Positions 34,826 through 57,224 of a DNA stretch of 64,000 nt are shown piece by piece. Numbering within the stretch: the stretch's first letter is position 1; every line of letters begins with the position of its first letter. Under the pieces are notes generated by a model, which did not search any database, had not been told where the DNA came from, and saw only the letters and a list, made by a program, of their open reading frames with translations. The stretch is taken from the NCBI RefSeq assembly GCF_009914755.1, contig NC_060925.1, one strand, 5' to 3'. The DNA comes from the human T2T-CHM13v2.0 reference genome, Homo sapiens. The position numbers were made by a program, and so were the translations under genes.

Positions 34826-36445
34826 GAAAAGCTAATTTTTAATGCCTTAATGTTGAGAACTGACTTAACATTGTGACAGATATGAAGCAATAGGGTAAAA
34901 ACAAAACAATGTCATTCAAACAGGATATCAGATTTGCACAGAGGCCCAAAATGAACAATAACAAAGTCTAAAAGTTAACAAATTCCCATTTGAGGAAAAG
35001 CCATAAGTTCTGCTTTAATTAAAACTTTGATGAGTAACTTCAAGGGTGTCTTCGAGAAATAGGTGCTGGGCAATTGTTCCTGCCTCTGTTTTTTCCACAT
35101 GCTGAGATTTGTAGAGAGAGTTTGTCTGGCAGCATCAGCACAAGGATAATTACCAAAAAGTGAGGTTGGCTGCTTGGCAGGGTGGCTTCACCTCCACCTT
35201 CCAGTAGCTGCGGCGTTGGCTGCTTGGCAGGGTTTGTGTAGAGGCCCCTCCCCCTCCTCTCAGCTCCTGCTCATAAGTTCTTGAATCATAGAGTATCAAT
35301 TTTAATCATCTCTGCTGCTTTAGTAATTTTACAGAAATCACAGATAGCTCATTCATTGGTTAGATTGGCCACTCTGTCTTTGATGGCTTTTTGTCAAAAG
35401 CTCCTTGGAGAACATGCTGATACTGTAGGGCTGATCCATTTATTCATTCGCTCCCAGGACTATCATCATCACTGCCTGTTTAAAGTACAGCTGTACGACT
35501 TCTAAATCATGCCCTGTTGTTTCCCTGCATGTTACATACCACTTAAACTTCCCTGAATAATGTTAGCACTTTGAAAAGGGCCCAGGCATCTAGCCTCATG
35601 TCCTTGTTTCATAGCTGAGGAAACTCAGGCCTAGAAAGTTTCAAGTGACTTGCTCAAGGTTGCATAATATCTGTGGCTCCCAATTTCTAACATCTAAACC
35701 TTGCTTCTATACTACATACTTTGTCAAACAATTTTTAAAAAATTCTTGTGATTGTTCTAAGTGCTGATTCTTTTGCCCTGAATTATCATAATAACTTTTT
35801 CCTTAAGTTCTACTTAAAGCATATTATTTTACTTAAATTTTTGCATATGTAAATGTAATTGAGTTGTCATGGGTAAGAACAGTACATCTCTTTTGATTCT
35901 ATTGTTGAACCTACAATCAAACCCTCTGTAGATATCCCTGTGGATTATTTTCCTTTGTCCTCAGAGTTACTAACCTGAAACTCTGATTTGTTCAACCCTC
36001 CACCCAACCTACAGAATCACTGATACTGTAGAAGGTAGAATCTAATGCATTGTTCTTCCTTTCAAGAAAGTTTTGTTGAATTTTTCTTTTATTTGTTTGT
36101 ATTTAGAAACATCAGTTTTTTTAAAACATAAAGTTAGAACATAATATTAAATATCCTTTTCCATATACACATGTGCCCTCTTTATCCCCCATTCACATCC
36201 CAGTTTCGGTAAAATGCCTATCCCCTTTTTCTTTATTGAGAAACTATCTCATAGATTGTCTGTCTGTATGCTATGTCCTATTTTCCTCCCAGAAACACAC
36301 CAGACAAGCTCTGCTCTAGGTTCCAAGACTCCTGGATTCTGAGAAATCCGATCTATGTGCATAGGCCACTACTGATCCTTCAAGTTGTGAATTACCCATT
36401 TCCTGTACATCCTCTAGCTCAGGGGTTCTCAGTTTAGCATGCTTA

Positions 36446-36772
<327 letters not shown>

Positions 36773-36808
36773 TTAAGTAAAATGTGGATTCATAGACCTT
36801 AGCTCTAC

Positions 36809-36811
<3 letters not shown>

Positions 36812-36839
<28 letters not shown>

Positions 36840-37119
36840 GAGATGGAGTCTGGCTCTGTCACCCAGGCTGGAGTGCAGTGGCGTGATCTCCGCTCACTGC
36901 AACTCTGCCTCCCGGGTTCACGCCATTCTCCTACCTCAGCCTCCCAAGTAGCTGGGACTACAGGTGCCCGCCACCACACCTGGCTAATTTATTTGTATTT
37001 TTAGTAGAGACGGGGTTTCACCGTGTTAGCCAGGATGGTCTCGATCTCCTGACCTCGTGATCTGCCCACCTCAGCCTCCCAAAGTGCTGGGATTACAGGC
37101 GTGAGCCACCGTGCCTGGC
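36812..37119 (-). mobile_element. AluY-like element with no detectable TSD
   Basis: Long T tract; AluY-type diagnostics (TTCACGCCATTCTCC, CCGTGTTAGCCAGGATGG); flanks do not match each other. Confidence 0.93.
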
Positions 37120-37500
37120 AGCACCACATGGGATTCTGCTGTTGGTATTTCTCAGGTCTGCAGCTAGTACAGCAGGCATTGAATGACTTCCCTGTTAGAC
37201 CCTGAGCTAGCCATACCATATATGCAATTTCATTTAAGCATCTGCTAACTCCACTAGGTAAGTGTTATCATCCTTATTTTATATAAAAGGAAACTGAGGC
37301 TCAAAGAAGTTAAGTGAATAGACTTGTTACAGCCATGTTTGCTTCCACTCAACCCCAGTATGAGTTTGTTGTTGTGGAAAGAATTTATCTGGAATGTCTT
37401 GGTGAAAATTAGTCCTCAGTGGTGACGGCTAGGTGTGCATGTGCTTCACATGCAGGGTGTTCCAGGGCTCCTGAAAACTGTGGTTGCCTTTACTCCCTAG

Positions 37501-37617
37501 ATTCTGCTGTGTCCCCTCCAGTCCGGGATGTTGGTATGAATTCCCAAGCTCTGGTCCTCCCCAGCTCTGCTTCCTCTACTTCTGGCTCAGAAACGGCCAT
37601 AATCAACAGAACAAATG
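37501..37617 (+). pseudogene. PDE4DIP: PDE4DIP-like exon (DSAVSPPVRDVGMNSQ...INRTN)
   Basis: AG/GT-flanked, 117 bp, open. Confidence 0.92.
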
Positions 37618-38185
37618 GTAAATATGGCAACTACAGGGCCCAGGGACTGATGATGGAAAGAGATTAATGCAAACAACCTTTGGTTGTCTCTAAACATATT
37701 ATCTGTATTTAGAGAGTTTTCTCTGCATGCCCCAAGTCCTTTAGCCCTACTCCCTGCACCTTCTGTGGCTGCCTTTCTTGCCATTGTTCATCCTCCTGTA
37801 GTTTTCCTACTGCTGTTTTTGCTTCATTGCACCGTAATCTCTCCATTCTTGAAAATGCTCTCTGTATCCAGCTTGATTTAATTGTCTGTGTCTTCTCTAC
37901 TCAGAAACTTATTATTTATTGTGATTTGTCCTATTTCATTATCCAATAATGAAAAAGTTGTCTCCTGGCAAATTTATCATTAAGAGATAATGTAAGAAAG
38001 ATTATAAAAATATAGAAGCCAGAAGATCTCTATGGACTTTGCCCCACCCTTGTACATTCCAAGGCTTCCTTTCTTGTTCCCGGCCTCGTCCTTTTCTTGT
38101 TTCCTACCTCTTTTGAGTTGGAGTAAACTGATGATATCACTATGAATAACAGAAGATTCTGTTGTGTTGTCATTTTCTTTTTCAG

Positions 38186-38412
38186 GCTTGGGTTTGGATA
38201 CTTCTCCAGTAATGAAGACCCCTCCCAAGCTAGAGGGTGATGCTACTGATGGCTCCTTTGCCAGTAAGCATGGCCGCCATGTCATTGGCCACATTGATGA
38301 CTACAGTGCCCTAAGACAGCAGATTGCGGAGGGCAAGCTGCTGGTCAAAAAGATAGTGTCTCTTGTGAGATCAGCGTGCAGCTTCCCTGGCCTTGAAGCC
38401 CAAGGCACAGAG
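38186..38412 (+). pseudogene. PDE4DIP: PDE4DIP-like exon (LGLDTSPVMKTPPK..HGRHVIGHIDDYSALRQQI..GTE), CM2/centrosomin C-terminal region
   Basis: AG/GT-flanked, 227 bp, open. Confidence 0.95.
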
Positions 38413-39345
38413 GTAATCACATCTGTAGCTTTAGGTGCACTCTTTCCTTGTGCCCTTTCTTCCTTTGATGTTATCTCCTTCTCCCACCATTTTTGTTTTT
38501 TTTCATGCTTTGCATCTCTCCAGAGCTGAGGCTTCCTCTTCCATGTATAGCAGCCAGGCCCTTTCTTCTCTATCTCCTATTTTCACTGTGAGTTCTGCTC
38601 TGTTCCATATGTAGCTGACTGGATATTTCCCCTCAAACCCACAGAAACATGTGGCATTGCCTAGCAGCCTTTGGTAGCTTATTATCTACCACAGTCATGC
38701 AGGCACATGAACCATCTGTGGGCAGAGTAGACTCAATGGGATGGACAGAAACTGAAGGATTTGCAGGTGTATGGCCCCCACGTGTGGAAGGGGTGAGAAG
38801 CCTGGCAGCCAAGGCATTTCCTTGTGCAGACTGCATAGAGGGAGGGAAGGCAGTCAGCAAAGCTTCTGAGAGCACCTTGCCAGTGAGAGAAACCAGGAAC
38901 CTGTGGCTGTGCTGTCTGAGCTGCTGGAGACCCATAGGTGCGTAGGGACAGCCCTGCCTCCACGGAGCCCCCACACTAGAGGGCAAGACACACACTCAAG
39001 TAGATAAGCACAGTAAGGGACTACAGGCACAGTATGAGAAGTCATCCTCTGTGCCGTGAGAGCGCCAATGCAAATGTGGTCATTTATCTCAGGCAAGGAA
39101 GGTAACAGGTTCATAGAGGACATAGCAAGGGGGGTGAGTTTTGAAAGCCTTGTGGGTTCTGCAGGTGGAGGAAGGCATTCCTGGTAAAGGGAGCAACACC
39201 TTAGTTCTGAGAGCTGCAAATGGTTGTGCGACGGCTTCACAGGTTCAAGCAGGCCCATGTTCTGTGCCTCACTCACAAAGGAACTTGAGCCCATGCAAGG
39301 GGAAGAAAGTAATCTCTCCGCTCCTGTGGTGTTACCTTTCCCCAG

Positions 39346-39489
39346 GTGCTAGGCAGCAAAGGCATTCATGAGCTTCGGAGCAGCACCAGTGCCCTGCACC
39401 ATGCCCTAGAGGAGTCGGCTTCCCTCCTCACCATGTTCTGGAGAGCGGCCCTGCCAAGCACCCACATCCCTGTGCTGCCTGGCAAAGTG
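39346..39489 (+). pseudogene. PDE4DIP: PDE4DIP-like exon (VLGSKGIHELRSS..LLTMFWRAALP..GKV)
   Basis: AG/GTAAG-flanked, 144 bp, open. Confidence 0.95.
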
Positions 39490-40575
39490 GTAAGATACCA
39501 GTGTCCTTTCTTGGTTCAAACCCAGTTCTCCTGCCCTCCAATACTGTTCTGTCTCCTCAATGTCACAGCTTTTCCAGAAAATCAGGAGCCACATAGTGAA
39601 TTGGGATAGACACGAACTTAGAGGAGTGTCCCTGGAGGGACATCTCTGACCCACAGTCGCTGTTTTCATTGCAGCTCTAAATACATCCCATTCCCCACCA
39701 GCCCCCTGGCCCCTGGATAAGAAACCAAAGAAGAAGAGGAAGGAGTGTGGAGAAGGCAGAGACATCATAACCCTGGCAATCCACAAATGTTCAGTTTCTT
39801 TACCTCTCTGAAGTTTGGATGAGCTGAAATTCAGTTAAAGCTTTAGCATCCATCTCCTAACCCTCAGGTCCCGTGGTCAAATTATCACAGAATGCCCCCA
39901 TGAAACAGCCTTTTTAGCCACTGCCTGGAATCCCAGCATATCACTTAAGCTGGCATTGCTGGACCAGGCCTGGGGAAAGTCAGCCTCCCCTCAGGATCTG
40001 CTCAGAGCTCAGGCTAACTCTGATTGGCAGACCCTTGTGTAGGCAGGTTTCAGGATCCCCTCCCCAGGGATTCTAGCTCCAGGTCAATGGCACCAATACC
40101 TTTTGGATCCAACTATGCTAATTCCAGGGAGAGGGTGTTTTGCTATCTTCATATTGGCACAAATATTTACAAACTTGCAAACTTTCCTGAGTCCAGATCT
40201 CTCTCTCCCAACAGAACATTTCTGAACTCTCAATCTTACCTGTGAAGGGAGAGTGACAGAACTGATATCAGGACTAAAGCAAGGTCCTCTTCAGAACTGG
40301 GAGTTTTATACCAGCCTGAAGCAAGGTTCTCTTAAGCTACAGGTGTGTAGGCCTGTGCTAGTCTGCATGGGGAATTCCAGAGTCTCAATATTCCTACCTA
40401 ATGGCCTCATCCTAAACTGTCCTCAGCTGGAGGTATTCGAGGCTGTGAAGGAGGAAATCCAGTTCAGGGGAGTTGAGAAGATTGTAGAATCCTTCTTTGA
40501 ACTGGAAAGAGCCACAAAGCACGGGGTGCTTTATGCCTTCTGCCTGTTCAGTAAGAGTCTGTTCCTCTTATCCAG

Positions 40576-40714
40576 AGAGAATCGACAGAAAGGGAACTTC
40601 TAGAACTGAGAACCAAAGTATCCAAACAGGAGTGGCTCCTTCAGAGCACAGCTGAGCATCTGAAGATCGACAACCAGCAGAAAGAGAGCATGGAGCAGTT
40701 CATCATCAGCCAGC
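40576..40714 (+). pseudogene. PDE4DIP: PDE4DIP-like exon (RESTERELLELRTKVSKQE..ESMEQFIISQ)
   Basis: AG/GTAGG-flanked, 139 bp, open. Confidence 0.93.
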
Positions 40715-41019
40715 GTAGGTTCCCTGAGAGGGAATGGGGGAAGAAACGGGCAGTCTTCCCGATGCCCCACTTGTGCTGCTGATGAGCAGTGACTGGGGGG
40801 CTTGGGGATGTTGGGAGTGGAGGCTGATTTGATGTCCCCAAACCTCCTGTGCCCCGAGCAGTTGTGGATGCAGAGGGAGGGGAGGATAGGGGGTGGATAG
40901 CAGGAAACTCCAAGCTGAATGGCCAGAGAGAAATAAATGCTTTAGGATTCTCATGCTAAGCAAGTAGGGTTAATTTCTGCTGATGATTTCTACTCTGTGG
41001 TGCTCTTTTGTTGTTTCAG

Positions 41020-41066
41020 TAACCAGAACACATGATGTTTTAAAGAATGCAAGGACTAACCTAGAG
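41020..41066 (+). pseudogene. PDE4DIP: PDE4DIP-like penultimate exon (LTRTHDVLKNARTNLE); donor mutated to TTAAGG
   Basis: TTTCAG acceptor; 41067-41072 reads TTAAGG. Confidence 0.9.
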
Positions 41067-42730
41067 TTAAGGAAACTACTGCACCAGTCAGAGGCACCAA
41101 GCCTGTCCCCAACCCATCACCATCTGTTAGCAGATCTTGTAGGTGACGCTTGGCCTGCTTTCGCCTTCCAGGAGAAGATTTCCAGTCCACTTGTAAGATC
41201 ACAGGTCCTCAGTGGGCTTCCTGCTAGTTTCTGTTCCCATCACCCTCCCACCCTGTCAGCTCCTGCCCCTGTATCTTGGTTCACTCTCACATTGTTAGCA
41301 TCTCTCCTTTTTACTCCAATTTTTCTTCTTTGATACCAAGTCAGGAGACTGGAGAAATGCAATTCAGCTCACTCTTGAAGTCATTAGACATTTGGGAGTC
41401 TGTCTCTGAATGAGCTTTTGGTAGAGGGATCTTGAGGCCAGTTATGTGTTCTACTCTTCATGAAAAAGTAAAAGCAATTTGCAACCTAATAAACTGATTT
41501 CACTGCACACTCCTGGGTTAAGAACAGCAATTTGATTTTGATATTTCTTTAAGTAACACGACAAAAGAGATCTTTTGGGTCTCATTTGTCTAAAAGAGAA
41601 TTTGTTAATAAATAACAACTGAACCTTCAGGGGAAAAATGTTATATATATATCAGACATTATCTACATTTACTTAAAACACTAAGTGTTTAATCATTCCC
41701 TAGGAATTGCTTTGAAGAAAAACTTGAGGTATATGAAATGGTTTAAAAATCAGAAACTAAACCTTTTAACGTGGACTTCAAAGCTTTGCCATAAGCAATT
41801 GAGCATATTCCTAGAAATGTTTCTAAACCATAACCTGAGAGAATGTTGATCTCCATAGTGTGAAAATGACTTGGGCCAGTTTAACTTGTACTTTTTTTTT
41901 TCTAAACTAATTCCGTTTTGTTTTTCTCTGATAATTCTTCTCTTTCCTGAGCCTCTTTAGAGCAGCACTTACAGGATTGCCTGTGTAAAGCCTTATTCCT
42001 GTCCCAGAAAAGGTAACCCAAAAAGTCTCTAGTATCCACTGAAAGGTAACCCAAATGTTTCTAGTATCCACTGGCTTTCTCCAGTGTGGAAGCTTTCCCC
42101 TCCACCTCCCACAGATCACTGGAAAGGACCCGAGGCCTCGGTCCTAATCCCTGGCTTATCACTAACTGGTGTGTGGCTTTGGCTTGTCCCTTAGTCTCTG
42201 TGAGACTGCTGCACCCTCACCTGTCAAAGATGGAACTGGACTTAGTTGAGCTCTGAGGTCCCTGTGGACTTTGCCCCTCCACATCCTCATTATGGCGACT
42301 GGACATAAACTTAACAGAGGACTTCCCTGCAGAGTGTCCTCTTCTTCCTACAACAGGCTGCTTCTATATGTGCATGTTTCATGCTAAGCACTTCTTTCTT
42401 GGGTGGAGATGACAAAGGCCCCTTTCTGCTGAGACAAAGTGATTTGGAGAGTCACTTGGCCCCTGAAGAGGGAGTGGTAGGATCCAGCCACCCAGTGTGC
42501 AGTGAATTGGAGCAGGGATCTCAGGACACAGGGAGGTGGGGAGGCTCCCCCTAACCTCGGGCACCTGTTGCTTCTCCAGACTGCAGTGCATGCTCTTAGC
42601 TCATCCTCTTAACTGGCTCTCACTGTGCTCCTGGCTTTGGTCACCCCATAGTTCTCACTCCAGCTTCGGGTAGCCATCAGTAGGGCCTGGCAATATACAC
42701 TGATTTGGTTTGTTTTATGTTTGTCTGCAG

Positions 42731-43801
42731 GTGAAATCCCTAAGGGCTCTGCCATGTACTCCAGCCTTGTGACCCTTGCCTTCCAGGAACCATGCAAGAA
42801 GTGCAGCCACCGGAAGTCCTTAAAACAGCAGGAAAGGTTGGCCTGTCCCCCTTTTGTGCAGCTACCTATCTGCTGAGGAGCATCTGGGCCTCATTCCTCC
42901 AAGTCCACTGGAGGGTCCAGAAGAGGGAGTCAGAGTTGTATCCTGGTGGAGCTGGCAGAAAGGCAGAAAGCCTTTCTGACGGCTATGGAATACGATTAGC
43001 CAAGGTCCACTTGGCCCAGCACTAAGAAGAAGATGCATAGTTTGCACAGAAGGTTTTGTGATACTGCCTCTCAACAGCCCCAGCAGCTTGGGAACTAGCA
43101 AGAGCGCATTTCTTGCCTCATCAGCTGTCCTGAGATGGAAAACTCAGTGAATATAGGACCCTGATTCCGATGAATGGGGCACGTGGTCCTATTGCTGGAG
43201 CTCCTCTGGCAGGTTCTAAAAGCACACTACGGAGCAGCGGTGCCCTGCCAGACACTGCTCGTGGGGGCTCAGTGAGCACTACTCACAGATCCACACCTGA
43301 CCCTGTTGGGTCGAGTCAGGCTGGGTTTTGGTCTGCACTGTAGCACCTGTGTTCTTTCAGTTCACATCATGAATGTGACTTCCCAGATACCATCTCAGGC
43401 TTAACCTAGCACATCCTATTTCTTTTCTTCTATGATATCCAAATTGGACTGACCTCACTTCAAATATCTTGTCCCATTTTGTCGTCCTATCTTACCTCGG
43501 GGAAATTGGGGACTGATGGCCAGACCAATTCTGTTGAAATTCTTGCATAGAGCAAACCTGTGCTCATTTTTAAGTGGCATGGGAGAGGCCCCCAGCCATA
43601 GTAAAGCCTAGTCTGTGTCTTCACAGTTTTGATAGAATGTGCTTGTGTGTATAGATGTATGATACAGATTTATTTATGTTGCTATCGCCATATATTGAAG
43701 GCCAACATAACTGGTGGACAGGGTGGGTGACAGAAAATGAAAGTCTTTTTGGTGATTGTTAAAGCAAGATGTGTATAAAGAAATAAATAGTTTTTCTTTC
43801 A
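42731..43801 (+). pseudogene. PDE4DIP: PDE4DIP-like last exon (VKSLRALPCTPAL*, stop 42770-42772) and 3'UTR
   Basis: CTGCAG acceptor; known C-terminal peptide; AATAAA at 43782-43787. Confidence 0.93.
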
Positions 43802-43982
43802 CTGCTTTGTTTCCCATTTCTGCCCCAATTCCTTGACAGTATAAAGAACTGGAAAGAGAAAATGGGAAAGACAAACTGTGTTTAAGAAGTGCACAGTCTA
43901 ATGGTTGAACTCTAACTTTAAAAGATTAAGGTTTTCCTTCTTTGTCATTTTGTAAGAATCCCCAGTCTGAAAATATGAAAGA

Positions 43983-44165
43983 ATGGTTCTTAAACTTGGT
44001 GTACCTTAGAAGCAGCTGTGGAGATTATAGGAACTACCTCCTGGTCTCCAATCCCAGGAGATTTAGTTGGTGTGAGCCCTAGAATCTGCATTTTTTTAAT
44101 ATAAGCACCCCAGGTGATTCCATTACATGTGGGCTGCAGATCACAGTTTAAAAAAACAGTGTTCT
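43983..44165. mobile_element. MER5-like DNA transposon
   Basis: TGGTTCTTAAAC..AGAATCTGCATTTT..CCCCAGGTGATTC motifs. Confidence 0.7.
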
Positions 44166-44364
44166 ATAACATTGAATCAAAACTAAAACTACATTTAAGA
44201 ACCTTGAATCAAAAAGTATGTCATTCCATAAACATTGATATAAAAATTTTAAAATATTCCTTGGGAAAAGTTCTTAGCTACATGCTTTTGATCCCCAAGA
44301 TTAAAATAAACGTATCACTTCACAATTATTTACTAGAAACATTTAAAAAATAAACAGGTAAAAG

Positions 44365-45777
44365 GTGGAGTAAGATGGTAGAATAGAATTCTCCAGCAAT
44401 GGTCTCCCTGAAGGAACATCAAATTGAACAACTATCTATGCAAGAAAACACTCTCACGAGGGCTAACCAGGTGAGAGATCATAGCACCTGGTTTTAACAT
44501 GATAACAAGAAAAGATGCATTGAAGAAGGGAGGAAGGACAGTCTTGCATTGCCTATGACACCTCTCCCCCAACCACAGGAAATTCTCTGAGAGAGAATCT
44601 AATGGCTTGGGGACAAAGAGGAAAATGTGGGACTTTATATTGAAACTTAGTCTTGCCATAGTGACACATGACACTGGACAGAACCCCACAACACTTGATT
44701 CCAGGCTGGTGCCCACAAAAGAAGCATTTAGACCCACCCTGGGCCACAGGGGAATCAGCTGCCTCAGGAGGAAGAACCCACCAAAATTCTGGCCAGCTTT
44801 ATCACTGGAAATTTATTGGGCTACAAATAAATTTCAGTGGCAGGCAGGCTGTAGTGGCCGCAGTCCTTGGGCAAGCCCTGATGCTGCATAGGTCTGGAAG
44901 ACCCTGGACTTGTGGTGTGAGCCAGTATGACGGCAGCAGCTGCAGCAGCTATGGAAATGCCTGTATCACACCTCCCCACACTCCAGGCAGTGCAGCCTGA
45001 AGAGATTCCTTTTGCTTGGGGGAAAGAAAGGAAAGTAAGCTAGGGGCTTTACCTGGGAATGCAGAGAATAATCCCTGATCTTTCCCAAGTCCACAGGGCT
45101 GGAGACCTAACAATCTGTAAGAATTGCAGTGTACCTGGGCCTAGGGTGCCCTGTAGTACAAAAATGGCTGCAGTGATCACTGGCTTAAGGAACTCGTCAG
45201 CCCACTTTGAATTCCTGGAAGGTCCTCTGAAGGACAGGTACAAACAAGACCTGACTGCAAAGGCTGGAATAAATACCTTATCCTTCAATGCCCAGATATT
45301 GACAAACATCAACAGTATCAATAACATTGAAGCCAATATGACCTCAACAAATGGACCAAGTAAGGCACTCAGTGACCAACCCTGGAGAGATGGAGACGTG
45401 TAACCTCTCAGGGAATTCAGAATAGCTATTTTGAGAAAGCTCAATGAACTTCAAGAAAACACAGAGAAACAATTCAGAAACATATCAGAAATTTAACAAG
45501 ATTACTGAAGTAAGAGAAAAAAATCAAATGCTGGAGCTGGAAAATGCATTAGTGGGTCTCAGTAGAATTGATCAAGCAGAAGAAAGAATTAGTGAGCATG
45601 CAAACAAGCTATTTGAAAATACAGTCAGAGGAGAAAAAAGAAAAGAAGAATGAGCAGGAACACAGAATGCTTAAGAGATCTAGAAGAGGGCCTGAAAAGA
45701 GAAAATCAAAGATTCATTGGCCTTAAAGAGGGAGTTGAGAAGGAGCAAAGAGTAGAACGCTTATTCAAAGAAATAAT
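44365..45777 (+). mobile_element. Older L1 (L1M/L1MA-type) 5'UTR and partial ORF1
   Basis: Starts GGAGTAAGATGGTAGAATAG; ORF1-like coiled coil (SRIDQAEERISE..LFENT); cut at the adjacent L1PA tail. Confidence 0.8.
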
Positions 45778-45778
45778 C

Positions 45779-49722
<3,944 letters not shown>

Positions 49723-49739
49723 TTTTTTTTTTTGTTTTT

Positions 49740-55910
<6,171 letters not shown>

Positions 55911-55994
55911 CTCTTTTTCTTTTTGTATTTTGGTAGAGACAGGGTTTCACCATATTGCCCAGGCTGGTTTCAAACTCCTGAGGTCAAGCCATTC

Positions 55995-56363
55995 TATAAA
56001 ACAAACTTATATTTGTTTTATCTGAGTTCCTTCCTCAGGAAAGGACTCTCAGGCCTCTCAAAAAGCATCAGAGACCTGAAACTCAGCCAATCACAGCATC
56101 CAGACAATGAGATGCCAGTCCCCTCACTCATCACGAGTGCTTCCTCACCCCTCCCTAGTTCCTCTTTTCCTACACACAGTTAACTTTTCTTCTGCGCTAT
56201 ATAAACCCCTAACTTTAGTCAATCAGGGAGACAGATTTAAGACTCATCTCCTGTCTACTCAGCTGCAGCACCTGATTAAAGCCTTCTTCCTCAGCAATAC
56301 TCAATGTCTCAATGATTGTCTTTCTGTGTGCTGAGAACACTGAAGCCCTGGGGTTTTGGTAAA
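55995..56363 (+). mobile_element. ERV1-class (MER4-group-like) LTR, preceded by an Alu fragment (55920-55990)
   Basis: CCAAT, CTATATAAA, ATTAAA poly-A signal and a ..TTTGGTAAAA terminus in LTR order. Confidence 0.7.
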
Positions 56364-57152
56364 AATACATGTACACTTTTAAAAACCCCAATTAATGGGT
56401 TGTGGTATATTGAGAAATTGGAGTGGCGTCAACTTGGCCAATTCTGAGGAAACACACTGTGCTTAAGTGTCAGGGCCCTGCCTCCTGACCTCGACAGTTT
56501 ATGGTTGATTTTGAGGCACAGCAGGGGAGTATGGCCTGGTTTGAGTGTTTTATAGAAATGTAAAACATGGCTGATTACTTTTTATTTTAAATCCAACAAA
56601 TTCTCCATTTCTGGTGAGAAAATCTTGCCAAAACCAACCAAACAAATGCATAGAAGTATATGAAGAAGAAAATGAAAGATTCCCTGCCTCCGAATCCCAC
56701 TTGCTTGGTGTCAGCCATTATTTATCACATGGAGGATGGGGGCAAGACACCCAGGAAGTCCCAAGTCCTGTTCTCACAATCATCTGGCCTCCCTGGGCAA
56801 AGGGAAAAGAGGGAAGGCAAAAAGAATATAACACTACTGTTTGCGGAAATTTCCCCTTGGTACAGGAAACTCTGGTAAACTGAGAGAGTATGTTTTCCAG
56901 AGGGAGGCCTCAAGGGCTCTTCTCTGGCCCTAAGCCCAAACTGGATTTTGCCTCATTTTCTGAGGTGCAAATGAAATGATAAAAGTTGATCAAAGGAGAG
57001 GGCAGAGAGAAAGAAAGAGGATGAATCCTCTCTCGCAGGTCCACCTTCTTTGGTGTTGCTTGAGGGATCAGAAGAAATGCCTTAACATAGGTGTGTGGGA
57101 ACTATGGCTGCTAAGTATGAACTCAGTTACCTCCAGTTATAAGCTAGTGTGA

Positions 57153-57224
57153 GGTTCCATGGTGTAATGGTGACCACTTTGGACTCTGAATACAGTGATC
57201 AGAGTTCAAGTCTCACTGGAACCT
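57153..57224 (+). tRNA. TRQ-CTG: tRNA-Gln(CTG), degenerate and probably a pseudogene
   Basis: GGTTCCATGGTGTAATGG..CTCTGAA..GTTCAAGTC..TGGAACCT, 72 nt. Acceptor stem and A/B boxes intact; mismatches in the D, anticodon and T stems. Confidence 0.93.
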
